Shown: one piece after another, positions 38,808 to 48,795 of the stretch | How the letters are laid out: the number at the start of each line of letters is the position of its first letter | How positions within the stretch are numbered: the first letter of the stretch is position 1 | Origin: a bacterium | Lineage (GTDB): Bacteria; Patescibacteriota; Minisyncoccia; Minisyncoccales; UBA1441 | Direction of reading: 5' to 3' | NCBI GenBank assembly: GCA_029559515.1 | Contig: JAKQBO010000007.1 | Coordinates: 11,878 to 75,877, forward strand | Length of the DNA: 64,000 nt | Notes under the pieces: model-generated | Databases searched by the model: none | Told to the model about the DNA's origin: nothing | Seen by the model: the letters and a program-made list of their open reading frames with translations, nothing else | Position numbers and translations under genes: made by a program

Positions 38808-40061
38808 TCAAAGACCGGCGAAGAAGTTTTCTATCTCTTGGACGACCCGGGCAGCATCTTCTGCTGAAACATTAATATGGGTCGGCAGGTTAACTATTCG
38901 ACCCGACAGATCTTCGGCCCGAGGGCAGCTGCCCCAATGATATCTCATTGCTGCCAAGTCAACGTCTGACGGAACAATGGGCGTATCTTTCCAGCCGTCG
39001 TAGAGGTAAATTTTCTGACGACGTAGATGCTTTAAAAGGCCATCGGCTGATTCTTTATCAGACAAAATAATTGGAAATTTTAGATAAACGCGGCCGATTT
39101 TATCATCGGTCATAGATACAGGAAGCTTTTTCAATTTCGATCGGTAAAAATCAGCTATGGTTTGACGATGATTGTTATAACGGTCTAGTTTCGTAAACTG
39201 ATTGAGAGCCAAAACAGCTAACTCGTTTGGCATCTTCATTGGAGCCATAGCTGTTAGCTCGCCTCTTTTCTCGCGGCGAGTCATGGCTTTAGAGAGAATT
39301 CTTGTTTTTTGCAAAATTAGCAAAAGCCGGCGGCCAAGTTCGCCTCGAAGATAGTAAGGCTGAACCCATCGATCGACTAACAATGGGTGACGAAGCTGCT
39401 GTTTAATCCATCCTCGGCTGGGCTGACTCCCCTCTTGTGCGGCCTGTTTAATCTCCGAGCCCAGTTTTTTATCATTAGTAGTCGCGACTCCTCCAAAGAC
39501 CGAAGAAAGAATTTTGTCCCGGCCGAAACTGAAAAAAGATGCCTCGCCCCAACTACCCACAGGCCTGTCTTGAAAGTAGGCTCCGAGACTATGAGCACAG
39601 TCTTCAATAACAACCAAGTTATGGCGTTGGGCCAAATCTTTAACCCGATCCATCTCCACTGGCAATCCAAAGGTATGCTGAATCAAAATGGCTCTAGTTT
39701 TTTTAGATATCTTTGGTTCAACCTTATTCAGGTCAATGTTTAAATTGTGATCGACATCGATAAAGACCGGCTCTAAACCGCTCCAGATAACCGGGTTAAC
39801 GGCTGCCGCGCAAGTAAATCCGGGAAGAATTATTTGGCTGCCAGCCGGCCATTGGTAGCTACGAATAATTGCCCAAAGGGCCGAGCGCCCGCTTTGAAAA
39901 GGAATGACGTAATCAGCCGACAGATACTGCCTAACTGCTTCGGCTAACTGCTGAGCATAGTTTTTTCGTTGATAATCAGAGATGTTTTCCAGCACATTCT
40001 GAGCCAGGCGAATATCATCTTGCTCAACATTGGGAGAAAGCACCGAAAAAACTGGCTTCAT
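38808..40061 (-). CDS. DegT/DnrJ/EryC1/StrS PLP-dependent aminotransferase
   Basis: SGRSAL, QHTFG, IEDCAHSLG, FSFGRDK, NLPTH. Confidence 0.88.
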   Translation of the reverse strand: MKPVFSVLSPNVEQDDIRLAQNVLENISDYQRKNYAQQLAEAVRQYLSADYVIPFQSGRSALWAIIRSYQWPAGSQIILPGFTCAAAVNPVIWSGLEPVFIDVDHNLNIDLNKVEPKISKKTRAILIQHTFGLPVEMDRVKDLAQRHNLVVIEDCAHSLGAYFQDRPVGSWGEASFFSFGRDKILSSVFGGVATTNDKKLGSEIKQAAQEGSQPSRGWIKQQLRHPLLVDRWVQPYYLRGELGRRLLLILQKTRILSKAMTRREKRGELTAMAPMKMPNELAVLALNQFTKLDRYNNHRQTIADFYRSKLKKLPVSMTDDKIGRVYLKFPIILSDKESADGLLKHLRRQKIYLYDGWKDTPIVPSDVDLAAMRYHWGSCPRAEDLSGRIVNLPTHINVSAEDAARVVQEIENFFAGL

Positions 40062-41665
40062 ACTGATTGAAGTAAATCCATGACTTGGTTAGGAATTCGG
40101 CCCTCTAAGAGAATGACATCGTCTTGCTGATCGAACTCTCTAAGTCGCCTGACAATCTCTTCTGGCTGGCGGGCAAAGATCAATTCGGTCTGTCCGCCAA
40201 CCTCAGAAATTCCGGCCCGCACTGACTTCAGATAACGATCATGAGTAAAAATAGCCAGATGGCAGTTTCGGCCGATAGATTTTCCCAGTTGATAATGAGC
40301 CTCAGAAGCATCTGCTCCGAGCTCGATCAAGCCGGGCGTCACTATAATCCTTCGCCCCGACCATAATTCAAGGTGCTCAATGTGAATCTGAGCTCCGTCA
40401 AGATTACTAGAGTAAACAGCATTGATGATGCTGGCTTGCCGATAAGGCACCATCCTTGGACCGCCAGAAGGCGTGGGAAGCGTTTTAGCGGCCTGTGACA
40501 ATTCATTCGGCGACAAGCCCAAAACTAAGGCCGCCGAACCGGCTAACAGGAGATTAATGACGTTTTGTCGGCCAACCAATTTAGCCGAAATTAATATCTC
40601 CTGGCCTCGGTTAACCATCTTAAAGCTAACTGAGTCCTTGCCAATTAAAACTTCTTGGGCTTGCCAATTTGCCAGCTTTAATCCTTTAGACGAAACGAGA
40701 ATTTTTCGATCGGATGTTTGGCGATAAAGGTCAATACAATAATCATTGTCGCCATTAAAAACAGAATAACCCGTCGGTGGCAAAGATTGGATTAACTCAT
40801 ACTTAGCCTTAATAATATTTTCCTGAGAACCGAAGAGCGAGCGGTGTTGATTGTTGATACCAGTCAAAATTCCTATGTTCGGACGAGCCAGTTCCGCACT
40901 TTGAGCAATCTCACCGACCCGGTAAGCCCCCATCTCGCAAACGAAAAAGAGATGTTGACTAGTCAGATTATTTAAAATAGTCTGGGCCACGCCCAGCTGA
41001 GTGTTGGTATTCCTCTCGGTTTTTAAAACCTTATCTTGGCCATACTTCTCGGCTAAAAAATGATAAAGAAACTCCTTCACTGAAGTCTTGCCGAAGGAAC
41101 CGGTAACTCCGACAACTGTTAGGTTTTTCAATTGAGCCCGGCGATTTTTAGCTTTTTCAATGAGGCGCTTCTTAAGAATGTTGGCCGGCCACTCCATGAT
41201 CCTTAAGGCCATCAAAACAGCTAAGGGCCAGATAACAGACACCGCCAGCAGTAAAAAAGGCAGATAAAGAGGCACCCAGGAAAGACCCGCCAGTCCCAGG
41301 GCAACCGTAGCCAGCCAAATAAAGGAAAAGAAAACTTTCCCCTTGGAAGTTGCTCGAGGGTAAACCCAGCGCTTTCGAACGCCCTGAACCAAGGCATAGC
41401 TCCCCCAGAATATAAAATTGGCTAATGCTAATAATAAAAACCCATCATAAGGTAAAACAAAAAATGAAGCTAAAACCAAAAATGAAACCACTGCTGATTT
41501 AGGCAGCAGAACTCGGTAGTCTTCGTGAAAACTCTCCTTAAGGCGGTCCCAGCGATATTGCTTCACCTGCCAAAGGTGCAAGTAAAGCAATATTTGCCGG
41601 GTAAAGTGAGCCAAGGCAAAGGCCAGGATCAAAATTAAATATTTATGATAAAAAAATTCAACCAT
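40058..41665 (-). CDS. murF: UDP-MurNAc-tripeptide--D-Ala-D-Ala ligase with an N-terminal membrane domain
   Basis: GVTGSFGKTSVKE, NTQLG, EMGAY, TPGLIELG; several N-terminal TM helices; start ATG 41665. Confidence 0.85.
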   Translation of the reverse strand: MVEFFYHKYLILILAFALAHFTRQILLYLHLWQVKQYRWDRLKESFHEDYRVLLPKSAVVSFLVLASFFVLPYDGFLLLALANFIFWGSYALVQGVRKRWVYPRATSKGKVFFSFIWLATVALGLAGLSWVPLYLPFLLLAVSVIWPLAVLMALRIMEWPANILKKRLIEKAKNRRAQLKNLTVVGVTGSFGKTSVKEFLYHFLAEKYGQDKVLKTERNTNTQLGVAQTILNNLTSQHLFFVCEMGAYRVGEIAQSAELARPNIGILTGINNQHRSLFGSQENIIKAKYELIQSLPPTGYSVFNGDNDYCIDLYRQTSDRKILVSSKGLKLANWQAQEVLIGKDSVSFKMVNRGQEILISAKLVGRQNVINLLLAGSAALVLGLSPNELSQAAKTLPTPSGGPRMVPYRQASIINAVYSSNLDGAQIHIEHLELWSGRRIIVTPGLIELGADASEAHYQLGKSIGRNCHLAIFTHDRYLKSVRAGISEVGGQTELIFARQPEEIVRRLREFDQQDDVILLEGRIPNQVMDLLQSV

Positions 41666-42455
41666 TTGGTTTTTGGAAAAAATGCTGAAGCAGTTCAACT
41701 AATTTTTCTGGAGCTTCCAGTTGCGGGCTATGGCCGATTTCTTTTATAATTTTCAATTGAGAACCTTTAATCGCCTGATGAAAGCGATGGGCCTGATCAA
41801 TTGGCACGATGTAGTCTTTTTCGCCCCAAATAATTAAAGTTGGTGTTTCAATTGCCGGCAGACACCCCGACAGATCCTCCTCGACTACCAGACGAAAAGT
41901 ATCTTTCATCGTCCGCGACACCTTTAGATAATCATTCTGATGCAACAAGCGATAATAAAAATCACGGGCCGAATCATGAAGCCAGTCCAACTTCATCTTT
42001 GTCATTAAACTGGAACCTGACTTGGCTAACCCAGAAAGCATCCTTAGCTTCAAACTTGTTTCCGGCGGTAACCCAGCTGATGCACACAAAACCAATCCCT
42101 TTAAAGATAAAGAGCGGCCAGCCGCGATTTTGATAGCAATTCTGCCTCCGAAAGAATGGCCGACTAAGAAGAAGGGTTCTTTGAATTCCTGATGACGCTC
42201 AGAGATCTTTTGTATAAAATCCTCAAACCAACCAACATAATCGTCTACTCGCCAACCGCTTAAAGGAGTATCGCTTTGCCCAAATCCGATTAAATCGGGC
42301 ACAATTACCTTGAATCCACAAGAAGCAATCTTCTCCTGGACGGGAGTCCAGAGACTCGCTCGGCTACCCCAGCCGTGAAGAATAATAACTGGCCGGCCCT
42401 CCCCGACTACCTGATAATTAACTTTAAGCCCTTGAATCTCAACTTGTTCATTCAT
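41658..42455 (-). CDS. alpha/beta hydrolase
   Basis: LHGWG, DLIGFG, GHSFGG nucleophile elbow, WGEKD, GH. Confidence 0.92.
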   Translation of the reverse strand: MNEQVEIQGLKVNYQVVGEGRPVIILHGWGSRASLWTPVQEKIASCGFKVIVPDLIGFGQSDTPLSGWRVDDYVGWFEDFIQKISERHQEFKEPFFLVGHSFGGRIAIKIAAGRSLSLKGLVLCASAGLPPETSLKLRMLSGLAKSGSSLMTKMKLDWLHDSARDFYYRLLHQNDYLKVSRTMKDTFRLVVEEDLSGCLPAIETPTLIIWGEKDYIVPIDQAHRFHQAIKGSQLKIIKEIGHSPQLEAPEKLVELLQHFFQKPNG

Positions 42456-43690
42456 CGGGGAATTTGTTTAAAGCCCAAATATTTTTGAAGAATCCTAGGT
42501 ACGGCTATTGTTCCGTCAGCCTGCTGATAATTTTCTAGAATCACAGCTAATATTCGGCTCATGGCTAGAGCTGTGCCGTTCAAGGTATGAACATAATCTA
42601 ACTTGCCCCCTGGGGTCCGATAGCGAATGTTCAGCCCTTGAGATTGATAATCGGTGCAATTGGAAGAAGAGTGAGTTTCCCGATATCTCCCCTCCGAAGG
42701 CAGCCAACTTTCGATGTCTACTGTCGTCGCTGAAGGCTTAGCCAAGTCGCCGCCGCACAGCAAGACAACGCGATAGGGCAACTCTAAGCTCTGCATAATC
42801 CGCTCCTCAATTTTAATTAACAGCTCGTGTTCTTGAGAAGAATCGTCAGGGTGGCAAAAACTAAATAGCTCGGCCTTGTCGAATTGATGAACCCTCAAGA
42901 TCCCCTTAAGGTCCCGTCCGTAACTTCCAGCCTCGCGGCGAAAACAAGTAGAATAACCGACAAAGCGCCGAGGCACCTCGTCTAAAACTTCATCTTGATA
43001 CATGGCGGCAATGCTTTGCTCGGAGGTTCCGACTAAATTCAACTCATCTTTTTCAATAAAATAAATATTGCTTTCCGTTAGGTCGGCGTATCCTAATAAT
43101 TCCATCAGCTTCGGCTTAATCATCACTGGCGGAATAACCGGTTGGAATCCAAACTCTTGAGTAGTTTCATAAACTAAATTCAGCAAGGCAAATTGCATTA
43201 GCACCAATTCATTTTTAAGATAACTAAAGCGGCTGCCGGCCATCCGGGCTGCCCGAGGAATATCAATCAGATTAAGCTCTTCCCCCAGCTCCAAATAGCT
43301 TTTAGCTTCAAAATCAAATTGCGGAGGCTGACCCCAATTTCTCAAAACTACATTGTCGTCTTCACTTGTTCCGGCGGGCACTTGAGGCATCAAAATATTA
43401 GGCACCTGAGTAATAAACTGAACCACCTTCTCTTCGAATTGCTTAAATTCAGTTTCAGCTTTTTTTATCGCCTCTTTCAGATTCTGCCCTTTAGCAATCG
43501 TTTCTGAATCAGGTTTCTTCTGCTGGCTGAGTTCATTTCTCTGGCGCCTCAAATCTTCAACTTTCTGAATAGCCGTACGCCGCTGGTCATCTATTTTAAT
43601 AAAGTCATCAAAATCAAGCTCAATCCCCCGCTGGCGGCAACTTTCCTTGATGGCCTCAATATTTTCTCTAATAAATTCAATACTCAACAT
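42452..43690 (-). CDS. serS: serine--tRNA ligase
   Basis: GTSEQ, CFRREAG, RVHQFDK, SNCTDYQ, HTLNGT. Confidence 0.97.
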   Translation of the reverse strand: MLSIEFIRENIEAIKESCRQRGIELDFDDFIKIDDQRRTAIQKVEDLRRQRNELSQQKKPDSETIAKGQNLKEAIKKAETEFKQFEEKVVQFITQVPNILMPQVPAGTSEDDNVVLRNWGQPPQFDFEAKSYLELGEELNLIDIPRAARMAGSRFSYLKNELVLMQFALLNLVYETTQEFGFQPVIPPVMIKPKLMELLGYADLTESNIYFIEKDELNLVGTSEQSIAAMYQDEVLDEVPRRFVGYSTCFRREAGSYGRDLKGILRVHQFDKAELFSFCHPDDSSQEHELLIKIEERIMQSLELPYRVVLLCGGDLAKPSATTVDIESWLPSEGRYRETHSSSNCTDYQSQGLNIRYRTPGGKLDYVHTLNGTALAMSRILAVILENYQQADGTIAVPRILQKYLGFKQIPR

Positions 43691-43691
43691 A

Positions 43692-45155
43692 TTATTTTGG
43701 GCGGGTAATTGGAAACAAGATTACCTCTCTCAATGAATGAGCATCAGCAATTAACGCCACTAAGCGATCAACGCCCAGGCCCAAGCCGGCCGCTGGTGGC
43801 ATGCCATACTCTAGGGCCGTTAAAAAGTCTTCATCCATTCTCTGGGCCTCTTCAAATCCAGCTTCAAATATCTTTTCTTGCGCCTCGAAAACTTCTCTCT
43901 GCCGCATTGGGTCATTCTGCTCCGAAAAAGCATTAACTAGTTCCCAACCGGCGATCACGATCTGTAAATTTTCAGTACAATTAGGCACTCTGCTCGACTC
44001 TTTAGCTAAAGGAAAAGATCCGATTGGATGATGAATAATGAAAGTTGGCTCCCAGATTTTGGGACGACAATATTTCTTATAAATTAAATCAGCAATTTCC
44101 GCCTTGGTTACCCCCTTGGGCACCTCAACTTCTAGCTCCTGGGCTTTTTTAGCTAAAGTTTTTTCGTCAACCTCTGACAGATCAATTCCCGTTTCTTCAT
44201 GAATTAACTGTTGGAAGTCTATTCGGGGCCAAGGAGCTTTAAAATCGATTTTACGGCCATTGTATTCAAAAGATAATTTACCATGAATACTTTTAACCAG
44301 ACTGCCGAACATTTCTTCGCAAAGCTTCATCAGGTCTTTATAATCCGCATAAGCCCAATAAAATTCAAGCATAGTAAATTCAGGATTATGAGAACGATCA
44401 ATGCCCTCGTTGCGGAAGTTTCGAGCTAGCTCGTAAACCTTATCAAAACCGGCAATGAGCAGCCTTTTTAGGTAAAGTTCTGGAGAGATCCTTAAAAACA
44501 AATCCATGTCTAAAGCATTTAAGTGTGTCGTAAAAGGTTTTGCTTTAGCTCCGCCATACTGGGGTTGTAAAATCGGGGTTTCTACCTCGAGAAAGCCCTT
44601 TTTATCCAAAAAACTCCGAATCTCTGTAACTACTTGGGAGCGTATCTCGAAGGTCTTCCTTGTTTCAGCATTAAGCAAAATGTCGAGATAGCGCTGGCGA
44701 TAACGCGCTTCTGGATCTTTAAGTCCATACCACTCGCTCGGTGGCGGAAATAGAGACTTCGCTGCTATTTCCAAATTATCAGCTTTGAGAGTTTTTTCAC
44801 CGGCCTTAGTTTTGAACAACACTCCCGTTACCTGAATAAAATCACCCAGATCAACATATTCTTCAAAGAATTCATAAAGTTTCGGACCTAAAGTATCGCG
44901 CCGCAAAAAGATTTGAATTCTGCCCGTGCCATCCTGAATATCCAAGAAGGCAGACCCGCCGTGTTGGCGTACAGACAATATTCTTCCGGCCAACGAAACC
45001 TCTTTTTCTCCCTGGCTTAATTTCGAAAAATCGGCCAAAGCCCCATCTATAGTATGGCTTCTTTTGACTGAAGCCGGATAGGGATTTAAGCCGAGATGTT
45101 GCAATTTCTCAACCTTTTCAAGTCGATTTTTTCTTATTTGATCACGATTAATCAT
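43692..45155 (-). CDS. lysS: lysine--tRNA ligase (class II)
   Basis: YRQRYLD, RISPELYLKRL, FRNEG, HNPEFTMLE, EYGMPP. Confidence 0.97.
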   Translation of the reverse strand: MINRDQIRKNRLEKVEKLQHLGLNPYPASVKRSHTIDGALADFSKLSQGEKEVSLAGRILSVRQHGGSAFLDIQDGTGRIQIFLRRDTLGPKLYEFFEEYVDLGDFIQVTGVLFKTKAGEKTLKADNLEIAAKSLFPPPSEWYGLKDPEARYRQRYLDILLNAETRKTFEIRSQVVTEIRSFLDKKGFLEVETPILQPQYGGAKAKPFTTHLNALDMDLFLRISPELYLKRLLIAGFDKVYELARNFRNEGIDRSHNPEFTMLEFYWAYADYKDLMKLCEEMFGSLVKSIHGKLSFEYNGRKIDFKAPWPRIDFQQLIHEETGIDLSEVDEKTLAKKAQELEVEVPKGVTKAEIADLIYKKYCRPKIWEPTFIIHHPIGSFPLAKESSRVPNCTENLQIVIAGWELVNAFSEQNDPMRQREVFEAQEKIFEAGFEEAQRMDEDFLTALEYGMPPAAGLGLGVDRLVALIADAHSLREVILFPITRPK

Positions 45156-47059
45156 GGTTCCTGATTTTGACTAAATTTATCATTTTTACCAGAGAAATAC
45201 AAATCAAGCACATCATAGGCGACCGATCTTACAGCTACCATGCTGTCATGAACATCGCGAATCATAAAGACCATAACTAACTCTGGATCCTCATAAGGGG
45301 CAAACAAGGCAATCCAGTTATGATAAACATTATCCCGGCCAGTCTGGGCGGTGCCTGTCTTAGCCGCAGAAGTAACAGGCAGGCTATTGAGGAGATAAGT
45401 TGATCCCTGAGGCGAGGTAACAGCCTGCCTCATTCCCTCCTGAACAATCTTAATATTTTCATAACTAGCCACCGAGGGATTAGCAACGATTGGCGTAAAT
45501 TCACGAACAACTACCTGGGCTCCATTCATCTGTCGAATAATTTGATTGACCACCTGGGGCTGATAAAGGACCCCTCCGTTAGCCAAAGCAGCATAAGCGA
45601 CGGCCACCTGTAAAGGGGTGACGCTGAAGTGCCCCTGCCCAATAGATAGATGATAGGTATTGCCGAGCCGCCAATTCTGATTAATCTCCGGCAATACTCC
45701 CTTACCCTCATTAGGCAAGTCGATTCCCGTAGTTTGGTTCCAGCCAAATTTACCTAACCATTCAATGATTTTATTGGGACCAAGCCCACGAACTTCTTGG
45801 TACCCTCCGCCAATCATATAAAAATACACGTTCACTGAACTGGCAATGGCTTTTCTGAGATCAGTCCAGCCATGAAATCGCCAATCGTGAAAACACTGTT
45901 CGCTTCCAGTATAAGCATGAGGAATACATATCTTTTCCGGAGCATATATCTGACGATCAGGATCAATAATGCCTTCCTCTAAAGCAGCCACCGCTAACAA
46001 GGGTTTAATTACCGAGCCGGTAGCATAGCCAATTCCCGAAATAGCTTGATTAAATAAAGAAAAATCAGGTTGGTTGATAACCTCATTCATGTCTTCCGTC
46101 GAGAGCGTGCGACTAAAAACATTATTGTCGTAACCAGGAAAGCTAACTAGAGCCCGAACAGCGCCATTGCGCGGGTCAATAGCTACGGCGTTAGCCTCCT
46201 GTGAGCCCGCTTCTTCCATTTTCTTTTTTAGAACATCTTCAATAATACTTTGCAACTCATAATCAATGTTTAAAACCAAACTGTCACCCGGTTCTGGTTC
46301 TCGAATGATGACCTCTTCTAAGATTCTCCCTTGAGCGTCTCGCTCTAACTGCCGTTGACCAGGGCGATCACGAAGATAGCCGTCGTAATAACTCTCTAGG
46401 CCGGCCGCTCCCTGAAAATCAGATCGCGAAACATAGCCCAGCAAGTGCGACAGGCCTCCTTCGTTTGAGTACTGCCTGGCCAGTTGACGCTCTAAGGAAA
46501 TGCCCGGCCAATCTTCCCTCTTGGTCTCCCAAAGAATAACTTGTTCATAATCTAAATCTTCTTGCAGAACCAGCTTCCCGCCCGCCTCAGTTTCAATCTT
46601 GACCGCGATCTCTTCTGAAGGCAATCCGGTAAACTCAGCTAATCTTTTAATTAACCAAATCCTTTGAGCTTCACCTGAGGGCAACTCCGATGGATCGGCT
46701 ACTAAGCGATAGGTGGTTCGATTGTAAACCAGCTGCTTCATCGATTGGTCATAAATCACCCCCCGCTCAGCCCGAATTGACTGCACAACAAATTGGTTGT
46801 TCTGCGCCCGAAGCGCATGCTCTTCTCCTTGTACTATTTGAAACCAAAAACTCCGTCCAATTAAGACGCCAAAAACAAGCAACACACCAAGTAACAAAGT
46901 CAAGTAGGCTTTGTCCGGCAAGGGTCTCTCTAGTTTATGTTCTGATTCTGGGATCTCTCTTTCTCTTTGCTGGGCTAGATGATCAAGGAAAACCTCGTGC
47001 GGCTCAAGGTTATTTCGAGAGTTATTCCGAATACGAAAATTAGAAGGAAATTTAATCAT
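45152..47059 (-). CDS. mrdA: penicillin-binding protein 2
   Basis: RGVIYD, GSVIK (SxxK), SVN, KTGT; follows mreCD. Confidence 0.92.
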   Translation of the reverse strand: MIKFPSNFRIRNNSRNNLEPHEVFLDHLAQQREREIPESEHKLERPLPDKAYLTLLLGVLLVFGVLIGRSFWFQIVQGEEHALRAQNNQFVVQSIRAERGVIYDQSMKQLVYNRTTYRLVADPSELPSGEAQRIWLIKRLAEFTGLPSEEIAVKIETEAGGKLVLQEDLDYEQVILWETKREDWPGISLERQLARQYSNEGGLSHLLGYVSRSDFQGAAGLESYYDGYLRDRPGQRQLERDAQGRILEEVIIREPEPGDSLVLNIDYELQSIIEDVLKKKMEEAGSQEANAVAIDPRNGAVRALVSFPGYDNNVFSRTLSTEDMNEVINQPDFSLFNQAISGIGYATGSVIKPLLAVAALEEGIIDPDRQIYAPEKICIPHAYTGSEQCFHDWRFHGWTDLRKAIASSVNVYFYMIGGGYQEVRGLGPNKIIEWLGKFGWNQTTGIDLPNEGKGVLPEINQNWRLGNTYHLSIGQGHFSVTPLQVAVAYAALANGGVLYQPQVVNQIIRQMNGAQVVVREFTPIVANPSVASYENIKIVQEGMRQAVTSPQGSTYLLNSLPVTSAAKTGTAQTGRDNVYHNWIALFAPYEDPELVMVFMIRDVHDSMVAVRSVAYDVLDLYFSGKNDKFSQNQEP

Positions 47060-47544
47060 GCCGAAAATATTCTTCTGAATTTAACAGGCAATATTAACCA
47101 AAAAATTAAGACTAGCACTAAATGGTAAACCGTCTGAGCGACCAGGAAAAACAAATCAAAGCTCAAGACCGGCGATGATGTAAAAATGAAACTAATTATG
47201 TAGCGGACAGGCTCGTAGGCCAAGCTAAAGACGGCTAAATAAATTAATGTTCCCATCATGCCCTCTAAGGCCAAGAATCGTCGCGATAAAGAAAGAAGGC
47301 TTATTAAAATGATAAAAGTTAGGATGGCCAGGCCTATCTGATGATAATAAAAGATATCAAGCAAGAAGCCGCCCCAAAGAGCCGCTAACCAGATAAGCCC
47401 TTTGTTTTTGCTGCTCAGAGCAACCAGCAAGACCGCCAATAAAACTAAATTTGGCCAAACTCCGTCTATGGCGAGATGAGACCAAAATCCTAGCTGAAAC
47501 AAGGTAAGGAAATAAAGACCGATGAGTAAGAAAACCCGGCTCAT
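47056..47544 (-). CDS. mreD: rod shape-determining protein MreD
   Basis: Hydrophobic, with PNLVLL and GGFLLD; lies between mreC and mrdA. Confidence 0.8.
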   Translation of the reverse strand: MSRVFLLIGLYFLTLFQLGFWSHLAIDGVWPNLVLLAVLLVALSSKNKGLIWLAALWGGFLLDIFYYHQIGLAILTFIILISLLSLSRRFLALEGMMGTLIYLAVFSLAYEPVRYIISFIFTSSPVLSFDLFFLVAQTVYHLVLVLIFWLILPVKFRRIFSA

Positions 47545-47546
47545 AA

Positions 47547-48338
47547 TCAAAAGTCTTCAAGAATAAAGAGGTTGCGCTCAGTGGACCAATCAAAAAACGG
47601 CATAACCTGAGCCGCTAACATTGAGCGGACCTCATCTCGTTCCACCTGAACTATTTGTCCCACCAATAAATTAGCGGGATATTCATCTCTAAAAACATCT
47701 GTAACTAAATCATCGCCCACCTTAAAATCTTGAGTTAGATCAGCTGATTGTAAAACAGTTCTCAAGCCTCCCTTCCCTTGCAGAAAGCTAACTGCCGGAG
47801 AAACATCAACTGTCTTAACTTTAACTAACGAATCAGCATGGGAGAGCAGCTTAACTTCGGCTTGTCGTTCATAAACCTGTCCGACCCGACCCGCTAAAAC
47901 ATGATTTGAGGTGATGACTGGCTGGCCTGTTTCGACTCCATCTCGCCGCCCTAAATTAATCATGATCCAATCCTGGCTTGCATTAACGTAGGTTATCTTG
48001 CCCATCATCACCCGCCAGTCTAATTCATCCGATTCCGTGCCTAAAACTTCCGCTAATTCATCTTTCTCGAGACAATAGTCACTTAATCGAGCCAGCTCGC
48101 TCAGCAGTTCTTCCTTTTCCCGAGCTAAATCATCCCGCTCAATAATAAGCATTTGCTGGTCGCGAAAGTAGCCAAACAGCCCCGATGCCTTGCCTCCTAA
48201 ATAATCAAAAAATCGATAAAACGGTTGGGAGGCAATATAAAAAATTTCTTCAATGGGACCGGCGCCGAGCCGGCTCAAGCCCAAAACCAACATAACCAGC
48301 AATACAGCGGCTATCCATTTTCTGCGGTTGTTTTTCAT
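47547..48338 (-). CDS. mreC: rod shape-determining protein MreC
   Basis: TM helix, coiled coil, INLGRRDGV, LAGRV, YPANLLVGQI. Confidence 0.9.
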   Translation of the reverse strand: MKNNRRKWIAAVLLVMLVLGLSRLGAGPIEEIFYIASQPFYRFFDYLGGKASGLFGYFRDQQMLIIERDDLAREKEELLSELARLSDYCLEKDELAEVLGTESDELDWRVMMGKITYVNASQDWIMINLGRRDGVETGQPVITSNHVLAGRVGQVYERQAEVKLLSHADSLVKVKTVDVSPAVSFLQGKGGLRTVLQSADLTQDFKVGDDLVTDVFRDEYPANLLVGQIVQVERDEVRSMLAAQVMPFFDWSTERNLFILEDF

Positions 48339-48369
48339 TAATCATGATTATAGCTTAAAGTCAGGAAAT

Positions 48370-48401
48370 AAAAAACAAAAAACACCGCGTTAACGGTGTT
48401 T
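48370..48401 (-). terminator. intrinsic terminator of the 23S-5S unit
   Basis: AAACACCG/CGGTGTTT hairpin followed by TTTGTTTTTT on the minus strand. Confidence 0.8.
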
Positions 48402-48411
48402 AAAAATGCTC

Positions 48412-48524
48412 TCGGGTGGCGGCGTCCTACTTTCGCGGAAACCACTATCATCGGCCCAGAAGTATTTCACGACTGAGGTCGGAATGGGATCAGGTGGAAC
48501 AACTCCGGTATTGCCGCCACCCGA
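48412..48524 (-). rRNA. rrf: 5S rRNA (short helix IV); ends approximate
   Basis: Terminal helix TCGGGTGGCGGC/GCCGCCACCCGA; CCACCTGATCCCATTCCGA, GTGAAA, GCCGATGATAGT, GAAAGTAGG. Confidence 0.95.
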
Positions 48525-48795
48525 AAGCACTTTTAGCAACTATTAACTGCTAGCCAATTCAAAAAGCAAAAAGAAGGTTTAAGATCATTAGTACCTCTCG
48601 GCTCAATACCTTACGGTACTTACACCTGAGGCCTATCAACCCGGTCGTCTTCCGGGGATCTATAAATCCTAATCTTGGAGTGAGCTTCGCACTTTAGATG
48701 CTTTCAGTGCTTATCTCGTCCCGACATAGCTACCCAGCGATGCTCCTGGCGGAACAACTGGTACACCAGAGGTCAGTTCATTCCGGTCCTCTCGT

